This document shows, in pieces, positions 17,903 through 27,335 of a stretch of 32,000 nt of DNA; the first letter of the stretch is position 1; each line of letters opens with the position of its first letter. A program made the translations under genes and the position numbers. Under the pieces are notes generated by a model. It ran no database searches, had not been told where the DNA came from, and saw nothing but the letters and a program-made list of their open reading frames with translations. Source of the stretch: Longivirga aurantiaca (GTDB lineage Bacteria > Actinomycetota > Actinomycetes > S36-B12 > CAIYMF01). The DNA is taken from contig NZ_JBHSTI010000008.1 in the NCBI RefSeq assembly GCF_042660085.1, forward strand, positions 1,839,876-1,871,875, written 5' to 3'.

Positions 17903-19210
17903 ATGTCCGCGACCAGGTCCGACTCGCTCGGCCGGGCGGCGGCGGCCCTCGAACGCGGCACCACGTTCGTGCTGCGCGGCCGTACCGACCCCGAGGCGCC
18001 GTGGCGGGGCATCCGGCTGCTCATCGTCTGGCTGCTGACCCGGCTCGTCGTCGTGACGTTCGTGCCGCTGGCGCCGTACGTCGTCAACGACGTGAACTAC
18101 TACGCCACGGTCATCACCGGGCAGGCCGACCCGGGCTTCCCCGGCTCGTTGCGCGAGTACCCCGTGCCGGCGATCTGGTGGCTCACGATCCCGTCGATCC
18201 TTGCGGGCGGGGAGATCAAGCCGTACGGCTGGTGGTTCGTCTTCCTGATGCTGTGCATCGACGGCGGACTCCTGGTGGTGCTGCGGCGGATCGGCCGCTC
18301 CCCCCGGGCGATCACCGCCTGGCTCGCGGCCGGGCTCGCGATCGGACCGATCCTTCTGCTGCGCTTCGACCTGCTCACGGGCGCGATGGTCGCGACCGCG
18401 CTGCTCGTGGCCGTGCCGCGACCTCGTCTGGCCGCGGCGCTCATGGTCGTCGCTGCGTCGGTGAAGCTCTGGCCCGGCGTGTTCGTCGGCCTCGTCGCCG
18501 CGGCGGGGCCGCGCCGCCGACCGGCGCTGGTCGCGGCCGGCATCACGTCGGTCGTGCTGGTCGTCGCCGCGACCGCCACGTCCGGGTGGGACCGCCTCCT
18601 CACCCCGCTCGCCTATCAGACCGACCGCGGTCTGCAGATCGAGTCGCTCTTCGCGCTGCCCGCGATGATGCTCTGGTCTCTCGGCGTCGAGGGCTATGTC
18701 GTGGACTACCCGGCATCGCTGTCGTTCGAGGTGAGCGGCCCCGGCACGACGCTGCTGGGGATGCTGGCGACTCTCGCGACGGTCGCGGCGCTGGCGTGGG
18801 TGCTCGGGACGACCGCGGCGGTGTGGCGCCGTGCCTCACGGCCCGACCTGCTCACGGTCGCCGCCTGGGCGCTGCTGTCCGGCGTATGCCTCCTCGTCCT
18901 GTCGAACAAGGTCTTCAGCCCGCAGTACATGGCGTGGATGCTGCCCATCGCGGTGGCGCTGCTTGCCGTCACCGGCGAGGCCCGCGCCCGCACCAGCACC
19001 TACCTGATGATGTGTGCGGCCGTCGCGGCGCAGCTCCTCTACCCCTGGCTGTACGACGCCGTCACGTCGCCGTACGCCACGGCGCTGAGCCCCGTCGCGG
19101 TCGTACTCATCGCCGTGCGGCTCGCGCTCGTGTGCGTGGTCGCCGCGATCGCGACGCAGCGCACGTGGCAGCTCCTTCGGGCGGACGAGCCTCTGGCTGC
19201 GGCGCGCTAG
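17903..19210 (+). CDS. GT-C/GT87-like glycosyltransferase, paralog of the preceding gene
   Basis: Same core motifs as 16414..17838: NDVNYYATVITG...LREYPVPAIWWL, LLLRFDLLTGAMVA, VKLWPGVFVG, LAYQTDRGLQIESLFALP, LVLSNKVFSPQYMAWMLP. Confidence 0.85.
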   Translation: MSATRSDSLGRAAAALERGTTFVLRGRTDPEAPWRGIRLLIVWLLTRLVVVTFVPLAPYVVNDVNYYATVITGQADPGFPGSLREYPVPAIWWLTIPSILAGGEIKPYGWWFVFLMLCIDGGLLVVLRRIGRSPRAITAWLAAGLAIGPILLLRFDLLTGAMVATALLVAVPRPRLAAALMVVAASVKLWPGVFVGLVAAAGPRRRPALVAAGITSVVLVVAATATSGWDRLLTPLAYQTDRGLQIESLFALPAMMLWSLGVEGYVVDYPASLSFEVSGPGTTLLGMLATLATVAALAWVLGTTAAVWRRASRPDLLTVAAWALLSGVCLLVLSNKVFSPQYMAWMLPIAVALLAVTGEARARTSTYLMMCAAVAAQLLYPWLYDAVTSPYATALSPVAVVLIAVRLALVCVVAAIATQRTWQLLRADEPLAAAR

Positions 19211-19239
19211 GGCTCCGACCTGGCCCCAGCCCGGTGGTC

Positions 19240-19656
19240 CTAGAGCTCGTCGACGTCGATCTCGGGGCCGTCGCCGAGCAGCACGACTCCCCCGCGCACG
19301 CCGTCCTGCGCCCAGCCGCGCACCGCCCCGCCGAGGATGTCGAGCGCGGTGGCGAACGCCTTCGGCTCGGCCTCGGCCAACAGGCCCCACGACGCCCACA
19401 CGACGAGCACGCCCTCGTCCTCGCCGAGGTCGAGGTCGAGCAGGCACTCCTCGAGCGCGTCCCAGTTCATGCCGAACCAGTCGGGCAGGCCGAACGCCTC
19501 GTCGCACATCTGCAGGAACGACTCGCGGTCCTCGACCTCCGCCCCGTCGAGGACGACGCAGCGCCACTCGATCTTCTCGGCTTCGGCCTCGAGCTCCTCG
19601 ATGGTCGAGTCCTCGAGCCGTCGTACGCCGGACAACCGACCGAGCACGCCGCTCAT
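19240..19656 (-). CDS. Barstar-family ribonuclease inhibitor
   Basis: EWRCVVLDGAEVEDRESFLQMCDEAFGLPDWFGMNWDALEECLLDLDLGEDEGVLVVWASW, the barstar signature (F..P..FG.NWDAL.DCL.DL). Confidence 0.93.
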   Translation of the reverse strand: MSGVLGRLSGVRRLEDSTIEELEAEAEKIEWRCVVLDGAEVEDRESFLQMCDEAFGLPDWFGMNWDALEECLLDLDLGEDEGVLVVWASWGLLAEAEPKAFATALDILGGAVRGWAQDGVRGGVVLLGDGPEIDVDEL

Positions 19657-20111
19657 GAGCCTTCTCCTGACACGACCTCGCGGAACGAGGAGTAGTGGTC
19701 GTCGGTGTAGAAGCGGGAGCCGTCGTCGCCCCCGATGATGCGCCGGGCGCCGCGGTCGTCCGACCCCGGCGTCTCCACGGTGTACTCCGCGTAGAAGCCC
19801 TTCGACTGCTGGGGCAGGATCCCCTCGCGGTTCTGGAACGTGCTGCCGTCCTTGGAGTACGGGAACGGGCCGCCGTCCATGATCAGGCGCAGGGTCTCGA
19901 TGCCCTCCGGCGGGAGCTCGGCGACGGTCATCGTGTCGAGGTTCGTCGTCGCGGACGCCGGAGCCAGTCCCTGCTCGACCACGCCTGGCGCCGTGGCCGG
20001 CGCGGTCTTCCCGCCGCAGGCGGTCAGCAGCGCCAGGGCGAGGACGGCGAGGAGGAGCAGCAGCGGCGTACGCCGCGTCACGCTGCGCGTCAGGAGGAGG
20101 GATCCGGGCAC
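19653..20111 (-). CDS. Barnase/RNase Sa-family guanyl-specific ribonuclease with putative lipoprotein signal
   Basis: LPPEGIETLRLIMDGGPFPYSKDGSTFQNREGILPQQSKGFYAEYTVETPGSDDRGARRIIGGDDGSRFYTDDHYSSFREV is the microbial RNase core. N-terminus TPLLLLLAVLALALLTACGG carries a lipobox-like LTAC. 4-nt overlap with barstar. Confidence 0.92.
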   Translation of the reverse strand: MPGSLLLTRSVTRRTPLLLLLAVLALALLTACGGKTAPATAPGVVEQGLAPASATTNLDTMTVAELPPEGIETLRLIMDGGPFPYSKDGSTFQNREGILPQQSKGFYAEYTVETPGSDDRGARRIIGGDDGSRFYTDDHYSSFREVVSGEGS

Positions 20112-20208
20112 GGACCGAATCGTGGCAGAACGGCCGCGCGGGCGTCAGGCGGGTCCGCGATTGGACACCGGGAGGTGACGCGCAGCACGGGATGGGAGGA
20201 TCGCCGTC

Positions 20209-21165
20209 ATGAGCAGCCGCGACCTCGACCGCGCCGGGATCACCGATCCCGAGATGCGGGCGTCGTACGAGCGCTGCCGCGAGCTCAACGCCCAGCACGG
20301 CAAGACCTACTACCTCGCCACGCTGCTGCTGCCGCCGGCGAAGCGCCCGTACGTCCACGCGCTCTACGGCTTCGCGCGGTACGCCGACGAGATCGTCGAC
20401 GACCTCGCCTCGACGCTGTCGGACGAGCAGAAGGCCGACTGGCTGCGCTCGTGGGGCGAGCAGTTCTTCGCCGACCTGCGCCGGGGTGCCTCCGACGACC
20501 CGGTCTGCAAGGCCGTCGTCGACACCGTGCAGCGCTGGGACATCCCGGTCGAGCACTTCGAGGCGTTCCTGCACTCGATGACGATGGACCTCACCATCAC
20601 CGAGTACGCGACGTACGACGACCTGTACGAGTACGTCTACGGCTCGGCCGCGGTGATCGGCCTGCAGATGGTGCCGATCCTCGAGCCGTCGGCGCCCGAG
20701 GCGTACGAGCGGGCCAAGGATCTCGGGGTCGCGTTCCAGCTCGCGAACTTCGTGCGCGACGTCGGCGAGGACCTCGACCGCGGCCGCGTCTACCTGCCGC
20801 TCGACGACCTCGCGCGCTTCGGCGTCACCCGCGCCGACCTCGAGAAGCGCATGCTGACGCCGTCGATCCGGTCGGCGCTGGAGTTCCAGATCGCGCGGGT
20901 GCGTGCGCTCGAGGAGGAGTCGCGCGCCGGCATCGCTCTGCTGCACCCGTCGTCGCAGCCCTGCATCGAGGCCGCCCGCATCCTCTACTGCGGCATCGTC
21001 GACGCCGTCGAGGAGATCGACTACGAGGTCTTCACCCGCCGGGCGACGGTGTCGCAGCGACGCCGCCTCGCGGTGGCGCTGCCCGCGTGGAACCAGGCGC
21101 GCCGCGCCCGCAGGAAGTACGGCGAGGGCCACCCGCACGGCCTGCACTCCCCCGCCTCCGCCTGA
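20209..21165 (+). CDS. crtB: Phytoene synthase
   Basis: KTYYLATLLLPPAKRPYVHALYGFARYADEIVDD (DxxxD), GLQMVPIL..., ...AFQLANFVRDVGEDLDRGRVYLP (second Asp motif). Confidence 0.95.
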   Translation: MSSRDLDRAGITDPEMRASYERCRELNAQHGKTYYLATLLLPPAKRPYVHALYGFARYADEIVDDLASTLSDEQKADWLRSWGEQFFADLRRGASDDPVCKAVVDTVQRWDIPVEHFEAFLHSMTMDLTITEYATYDDLYEYVYGSAAVIGLQMVPILEPSAPEAYERAKDLGVAFQLANFVRDVGEDLDRGRVYLPLDDLARFGVTRADLEKRMLTPSIRSALEFQIARVRALEEESRAGIALLHPSSQPCIEAARILYCGIVDAVEEIDYEVFTRRATVSQRRRLAVALPAWNQARRARRKYGEGHPHGLHSPASA

Positions 21166-21325
21166 CTCGATCGTCGGCGGCACGTCGCGCACGACTGCAT
21201 GGCCGCCACGGACTTCAGGCTGTGTTCGCTTGCAGCGGAACGACTATCGGGGGTTCCACCCCTCCGAGGCAGCTGCACTGTCAGACCCCCTCGACATGAT
21301 TCTCCTGTCGCGGAGGGAGGTGACC

Positions 21326-22888
21326 ATGTCTGTCGATCTGACGACCGACCCGTTCGGTTCGGCGTACCCGTTCGAGCTGCCGGTGGACGAGTCGTGGTCG
21401 CCGTTCCCGACCGCGGACGACGTCGCGGTGCTGGCCGAGCTCGAGCGGCAGTTCCCTCCGGACCTGGATCGCCCGGTGCACCCCGACGACCTCGCGCCGT
21501 GGGATCGCGACGACGCCCTGCACTTCTGCGTCGAGGCCGGGTTGGAGCCGGTGGACTCGGCAGCGGCGTCCGAGATCGTCGCGGCGGCTGAGCGGCCGCA
21601 GGCGTGCGGTGCGTCGGATCTGGCGTTGCTGGAGGCCACGGACCCGGCGTCGTTGGACGACCCGCTCGCCCGGATCGCGTACGTGAAGGTGCTGAACCGG
21701 GTCGAGGCCGCCGTCGCAGCGCGCCGCTACGACGCGGTGCTGTCCCTGGTGCCGGTGCTCCCCCACGACCACGACTACCTCGAAGAGGCGCACTGGGAGG
21801 TGGAGCTCGCCCAGGCGTGCCGGTCCTCGTTCCGGGCAGCGCGGCAGATGATCGACGCCGCGCGCGCCAACCGGATGGTGTTCCCCGGCATGCAGGAGGC
21901 GCTGGCCGCCGGGCGGGTGTCGGACAAGCACGTGCGGGTCCTGCTCGAGCGCACCCGGGTCATCGCCGATGCCGCCACCCTGGTCTTGATCGGGGAGCAG
22001 GCCCTGCCCCTCGCGCTCACCCTGACCCCGCCCCGGTTCACCGACGCGTTGGAGCAGGTGATCCTGCGGTTCGACCCCGACGCCCCCGCCCGCCGCACGA
22101 AGGCCATCGAGAACCGCGACGTGTGGACCCGCCGGCTGCCCGACGGCATGGCCATGCTCGGCATCAAGACCGACGCCGCCACCGTCGCCGCCATGCACGA
22201 CCGCATCCGCGCCGCCGCGAAGGACCTGCACGCCGCCCGCGGCGGCGCCGCTGCGGTGCGGGCCGGGGACACCGACGCCTCGATGCACGCCTGCGCCGCG
22301 GACGCCGCGGCCGCGATCATCCTGGGCACCACGGCCCAGGACGGGTCGGCCGTGTTCGACCCCGCCGCCCAGACCGTCGTGCACGTCCAGCTCGTCATCG
22401 ACCTCGCCACCCTGCGCCACGAGGCCGACAACCCGGTCCTGCTCGACGGATGCCCCATCCCCGCCCGGATGGGCCGCGACATCGCCGCCCACGCCCGCGC
22501 GTTCCGGCGGATCGTCACCGACCCCGTCACCGGGCACCTGCTCGACTACGGCCGCGAGACCTACCTCCCCGCACCGCTGCGCGACCACGTCCTGCACCGC
22601 GACGGCGGCTGCCGCATCCCCGGCTGCGGATGCCGACGCATCACCGCCCTGCAGATGGACCACGCCCTGCGCTACCCCGACGGCCCGTCGGACCCCGCCA
22701 ACACCGGCGCCCTGTCCACCCGCTGCCACCAGCTCAAGACCGCCGGCTACCTCCACCTCGAACACGGCCACGCCGACGGATCGGTCACCCTCATCACCCT
22801 CCTCGGCCAACGCATCCACATACCCCCACGCCCCTACACCGGCTGGCAACCACCACCCGACCCAGCCGACGACATCCCGCCGTTCTAG
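21326..22888 (+). CDS. DUF222/HNH endonuclease-domain protein (13E12-type family)
   Basis: ATG at 21326 with GGGAGG SD. Central VSDKHVRVLLERTRVI..., C-terminal YLPAPLRDHVLHRDGGCRIPGCGCRRITALQMDHALRYPDGPSDPANTGALSTRCHQLKTAG, a typical HNH block. Confidence 0.92.
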   Translation: MSVDLTTDPFGSAYPFELPVDESWSPFPTADDVAVLAELERQFPPDLDRPVHPDDLAPWDRDDALHFCVEAGLEPVDSAAASEIVAAAERPQACGASDLALLEATDPASLDDPLARIAYVKVLNRVEAAVAARRYDAVLSLVPVLPHDHDYLEEAHWEVELAQACRSSFRAARQMIDAARANRMVFPGMQEALAAGRVSDKHVRVLLERTRVIADAATLVLIGEQALPLALTLTPPRFTDALEQVILRFDPDAPARRTKAIENRDVWTRRLPDGMAMLGIKTDAATVAAMHDRIRAAAKDLHAARGGAAAVRAGDTDASMHACAADAAAAIILGTTAQDGSAVFDPAAQTVVHVQLVIDLATLRHEADNPVLLDGCPIPARMGRDIAAHARAFRRIVTDPVTGHLLDYGRETYLPAPLRDHVLHRDGGCRIPGCGCRRITALQMDHALRYPDGPSDPANTGALSTRCHQLKTAGYLHLEHGHADGSVTLITLLGQRIHIPPRPYTGWQPPPDPADDIPPF

Positions 22889-22909
22889 CCCTCCAGCAGC
22901 CGTCGATCC

Positions 22910-22935
22910 GCCGTGCCCGCACACCCGAGCACGGC
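22910..22935. terminator. Weak hairpin after the DUF222/HNH gene
   Basis: GCCGTGC (22910-22916) / GCACGGC (22929-22935), 21 nt after the stop. Confidence 0.35.
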
Positions 22936-23079
22936 GCATCGGCATGCCCCGGCACCGGCTGACGACCCGAGCTCGATCGGCACTTCGTCAGCGATCGCGC
23001 TCGCGGTCGAGCAGGTCGGGCGACCACAGGCGAGCCGTCGAGGCGCGTGCCACAGCTCATCGGGTACGCCCTGCGCGGG

Positions 23080-23622
23080 CTAGGACCGTCTCCGGAAACG
23101 GGGCAGCAGGAAGGGTGTGCGCTCCCGGTAGGCCCGGTACTCGTCGCCGAATCTCAGCACCATCTCGGCTTCCTCGATTCGCCTGACATAGACCAGCAGC
23201 GCGCAGGCGGCCAGCAGCACCAGCACCAACGCGCCGAAGGAGCCGAAGAGGACTGCGACACCGAGATACAGGCCCATGGCCCCTAGCACCATGGGATTGC
23301 GGCAGTACGTGTAGGGAGGCACCACGACGATCTGCTGCGTCGCCATGAGCGGCACAGGCGTACCCCGCCCGATGGTGAACAGTCCGTACATGGACCAGAC
23401 GGCGAGTGACCAACCGAGAAGGATGAGGAGACACCCGACCAACACGTTGGACGGCGGGGAAAGGATTGACGGCCACTCCAGCCACGCGTCGAGCCACGCC
23501 CCGAACACGACGAAGATGCACGGCATCAGAAACAGGAACACCGGCGCGAGGAGCACGAGCGCGACGGCCCGTTGCCCGGGGCCGTACTCACGCCTCGCCT
23601 GCTTCAGGAAACGGTCCTTCAT
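23080..23622 (-). CDS. Isoprenylcysteine carboxyl methyltransferase/PEMT-like integral membrane methyltransferase
   Basis: Several TM segments then QQIVVVPPYTYCRNPMVLGAMGLYLGVAVLFGS...EEAEMVLRFGDEYRAYRERTPFLLPRF, the canonical PY.Y.RNPM / E...L...FG.eY..Y....P...P motif. Confidence 0.9.
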   Translation of the reverse strand: MKDRFLKQARREYGPGQRAVALVLLAPVFLFLMPCIFVVFGAWLDAWLEWPSILSPPSNVLVGCLLILLGWSLAVWSMYGLFTIGRGTPVPLMATQQIVVVPPYTYCRNPMVLGAMGLYLGVAVLFGSFGALVLVLLAACALLVYVRRIEEAEMVLRFGDEYRAYRERTPFLLPRFRRRS

Positions 23623-23774
23623 CCTCGGGAACCCCTTGCGTCCCGGCGAGTCCTCCCCTCCGGTCTGCTTCCGACGCTAGCCCGGATCAGGCGCCGTACG
23701 CCCATCGAGAGCAGCCGAACCATCCTTGCTGCCGGTTCTTTCTCGGTTGTGAGCGCCGAATCGTCGGAGCTGCG

Positions 23775-24179
23775 TCAAGCGCGGGGGTCGTCGGCCTGGC
23801 CGGGCATGGGGATGCGCGGCGGGCCGGAGTACGGCGTGCGCTGGACACCGCGGCGTCCGAGCCAGACCCACAGCACCTGGGTCAGCACGACGAGTGCGAA
23901 CCCGAACATGAGGTCCTCGACCGGCGCGAACGCGATGCGGCCGTCGCCGAGGAACGGCGGCGGGCCGTCGACGGGTGTGGTCGAGCCGATGATCTGCTCG
24001 CCGTCGTACCGCACGACGCGCAGGCCGGTGAGGATGCCGTTCGTGACGAGCTGGAAGAACACGACGATGGCGTACGCCGCCCAGAAGGCACGACGCCGCA
24101 GCAGCCGCGTGCGGAACACGAACAGGTCGAGCAGCACGACCACGACGATGCCGAGCAGCGCGAGCTGGGTGTAGCTCAT
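23775..24179 (-). CDS. crtYd: Lycopene cyclase domain protein, CrtYd/CrtYf type
   Basis: MSYTQLALLGIVVVVLLDLFVFRTRLLRRRAFWAAYAIVVFFQLVTNGILTGLRVVRYDGEQIIG...IAFAPVEDLMFGFALVVLTQVLWVWLGRR. The PVEDLxFGFxLV motif is diagnostic. Confidence 0.9.
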   Translation of the reverse strand: MSYTQLALLGIVVVVLLDLFVFRTRLLRRRAFWAAYAIVVFFQLVTNGILTGLRVVRYDGEQIIGSTTPVDGPPPFLGDGRIAFAPVEDLMFGFALVVLTQVLWVWLGRRGVQRTPYSGPPRIPMPGQADDPRA

Positions 24180-24544
24180 GCGTCGTCCCGCCGAACGCCG
24201 TCCACCACGGTGCCCGGGGGCTCGTCGCCGACCTCCCACCGCTTCACCGACCGCACGGCCTCGAGCGTGAGGAGCGCGGCGATCGGGATCACGACGAAGA
24301 ACAGCAGCTCGTCGAGCGGGAGGTTGCCCGGCAGGATCACGCCGGTCGTCTGCTCGGGGTCGAACGTCCAGTGGCCCGAGGCGATCGCGTAGAGGTCCCA
24401 GACCACGAACACCGCGACGACCGGCAGCAGGGTGAGGAAGAGGCGGCGCCAACGGCGGTAGACGCGGGCGCGCAGCAGCACCTCGAGCCAGGCGGTGCCG
24501 ACGACGACGAACAGCAGCACGCCGAGGTAGACGAACCGGCTCAC
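24176..24544 (-). CDS. crtYc: Lycopene cyclase domain protein, CrtYc/CrtYe type
   Basis: SRFVYLGVLLFVVVGTAWLEVLLRARVYRRWRRLFLTLLPVVAVFVVWDLYAIASGHWTFDPEQTTGVILPGNLPLDELLFFVVIPIAALLTLEAV. WDxxA...W.FD...G..LPG.LP.DELLFF..IP is diagnostic. GTG start at 24544. Confidence 0.92.
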   Translation of the reverse strand: MSRFVYLGVLLFVVVGTAWLEVLLRARVYRRWRRLFLTLLPVVAVFVVWDLYAIASGHWTFDPEQTTGVILPGNLPLDELLFFVVIPIAALLTLEAVRSVKRWEVGDEPPGTVVDGVRRDDA

Positions 24545-25011
24545 GCGCCCGCCTGCTTCCCGTGGTCCCACGACACCACGCGCGTCACGTCGAGGCGCAG
24601 GGCACGCTGCTTGGGCGCGCGCTCGAGGTACGCCGCCTTCACGGAGTCGACGTGGGCGGGGTCGAGGCCCTCGTACTTCACCATCAGCCCGGCGAACACC
24701 TCGCAGATGCGGTCGACGTCGTCCACGAGCGCGACCGTGCCGGTGAGCTGGACGCCGCGGAGCTCGGAGTAGCGCTCGCCGTCCTCGACCAGGGCGGAGA
24801 ACCGCGGGTCGCGCTCGAGGTTCACGATCTTCTGGCTCTTGGCGTACGTGCGCATCCAGACCACGCCGTCGTCGTCCACGACGTACCACATGGGCACGGG
24901 GTCGGGCGCTCCGTCGGGGCCGAGCGTGACGAGGACGAGGGTGCGCCCGGCGCGCAGGAACGCGTCCGCCTCGGCGTCGGTCAGCGCGATGGACGCGCGG
25001 CTGTTGGCCAC
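24541..25011 (-). CDS. Pyridoxamine 5'-phosphate oxidase (PPOX)-family flavoprotein, possibly F420/FMN-binding
   Basis: FLRAGRTLVLVTLGPDGAPDPVPMWYVVDDDGVVWMRTYAKSQKIVNLERDPRFSALVEDGERYSELRGVQLTGTVALVDD. 3' end overlaps crtYc by 4 nt (GTGA). GTG start at 25011 is a best guess. Confidence 0.82.
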   Translation of the reverse strand: MANSRASIALTDAEADAFLRAGRTLVLVTLGPDGAPDPVPMWYVVDDDGVVWMRTYAKSQKIVNLERDPRFSALVEDGERYSELRGVQLTGTVALVDDVDRICEVFAGLMVKYEGLDPAHVDSVKAAYLERAPKQRALRLDVTRVVSWDHGKQAGA

Positions 25012-25180
25012 GTCGACATCCTGCCTGCGCGCGCGTCCCGCCGCGACGCGGGACCGGTCGAACAGCACCCGCGGCGACCGGAATCCGGTCGCGCAGAGCG
25101 GGGATCGAGCACGGATCGCACCACGGGCGCCCGGCGCGCCAGCACGGAGCATCTCGGAACCGAACGTAGACTCGCCGACT

Positions 25181-27103
<1,923 letters not shown>

Positions 27104-27260
27104 ACCGCGCGTCTCACCTGCCGGAACCCTCGTCCAGCAGCCGGACACGCGTGTGTACCCTCGACCCGTGCGCATCTCGCGGAACGCGTTTTATGGCTAC
27201 CGGCCCGGGGCTCCCCGGGTGGGTCGCCGTCGCACTGCCTGACGCGCACCACCCCGACAC

Positions 27261-27290
27261 GAAGCCCCGCGCCGCACCGGCCGGGGCTTC
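27261..27290. terminator. Strong hairpin upstream of DAHP synthase (terminator or candidate attenuator)
   Basis: GAAGCCCCG-c-GCCG-CAC-CGGC-CGGGGCTTC, 13 bp of stem with a single bulged C, followed by TTCC; 45 nt before the ATG at 27336. Confidence 0.6.
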
Positions 27291-27335
27291 TTCCGTCCCC
27301 GGCGGGCGGCACCCGAACGAGAGGCACGAACCCAC

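Noticed and set aside
16228-18087. 619-aa minus-strand ORF opposite the GT87-like genes
   Set aside because: Antisense to well-supported membrane proteins; composition matches GC-rich shadow ORFs.
19240-20111. Barnase-barstar pair as a classical toxin-antitoxin or polymorphic toxin system
   Set aside because: The RNase is a short standalone protein with a signal-like N-terminus and no trafficking, repeat or Hint domains; better described as exported RNase plus cytoplasmic inhibitor.
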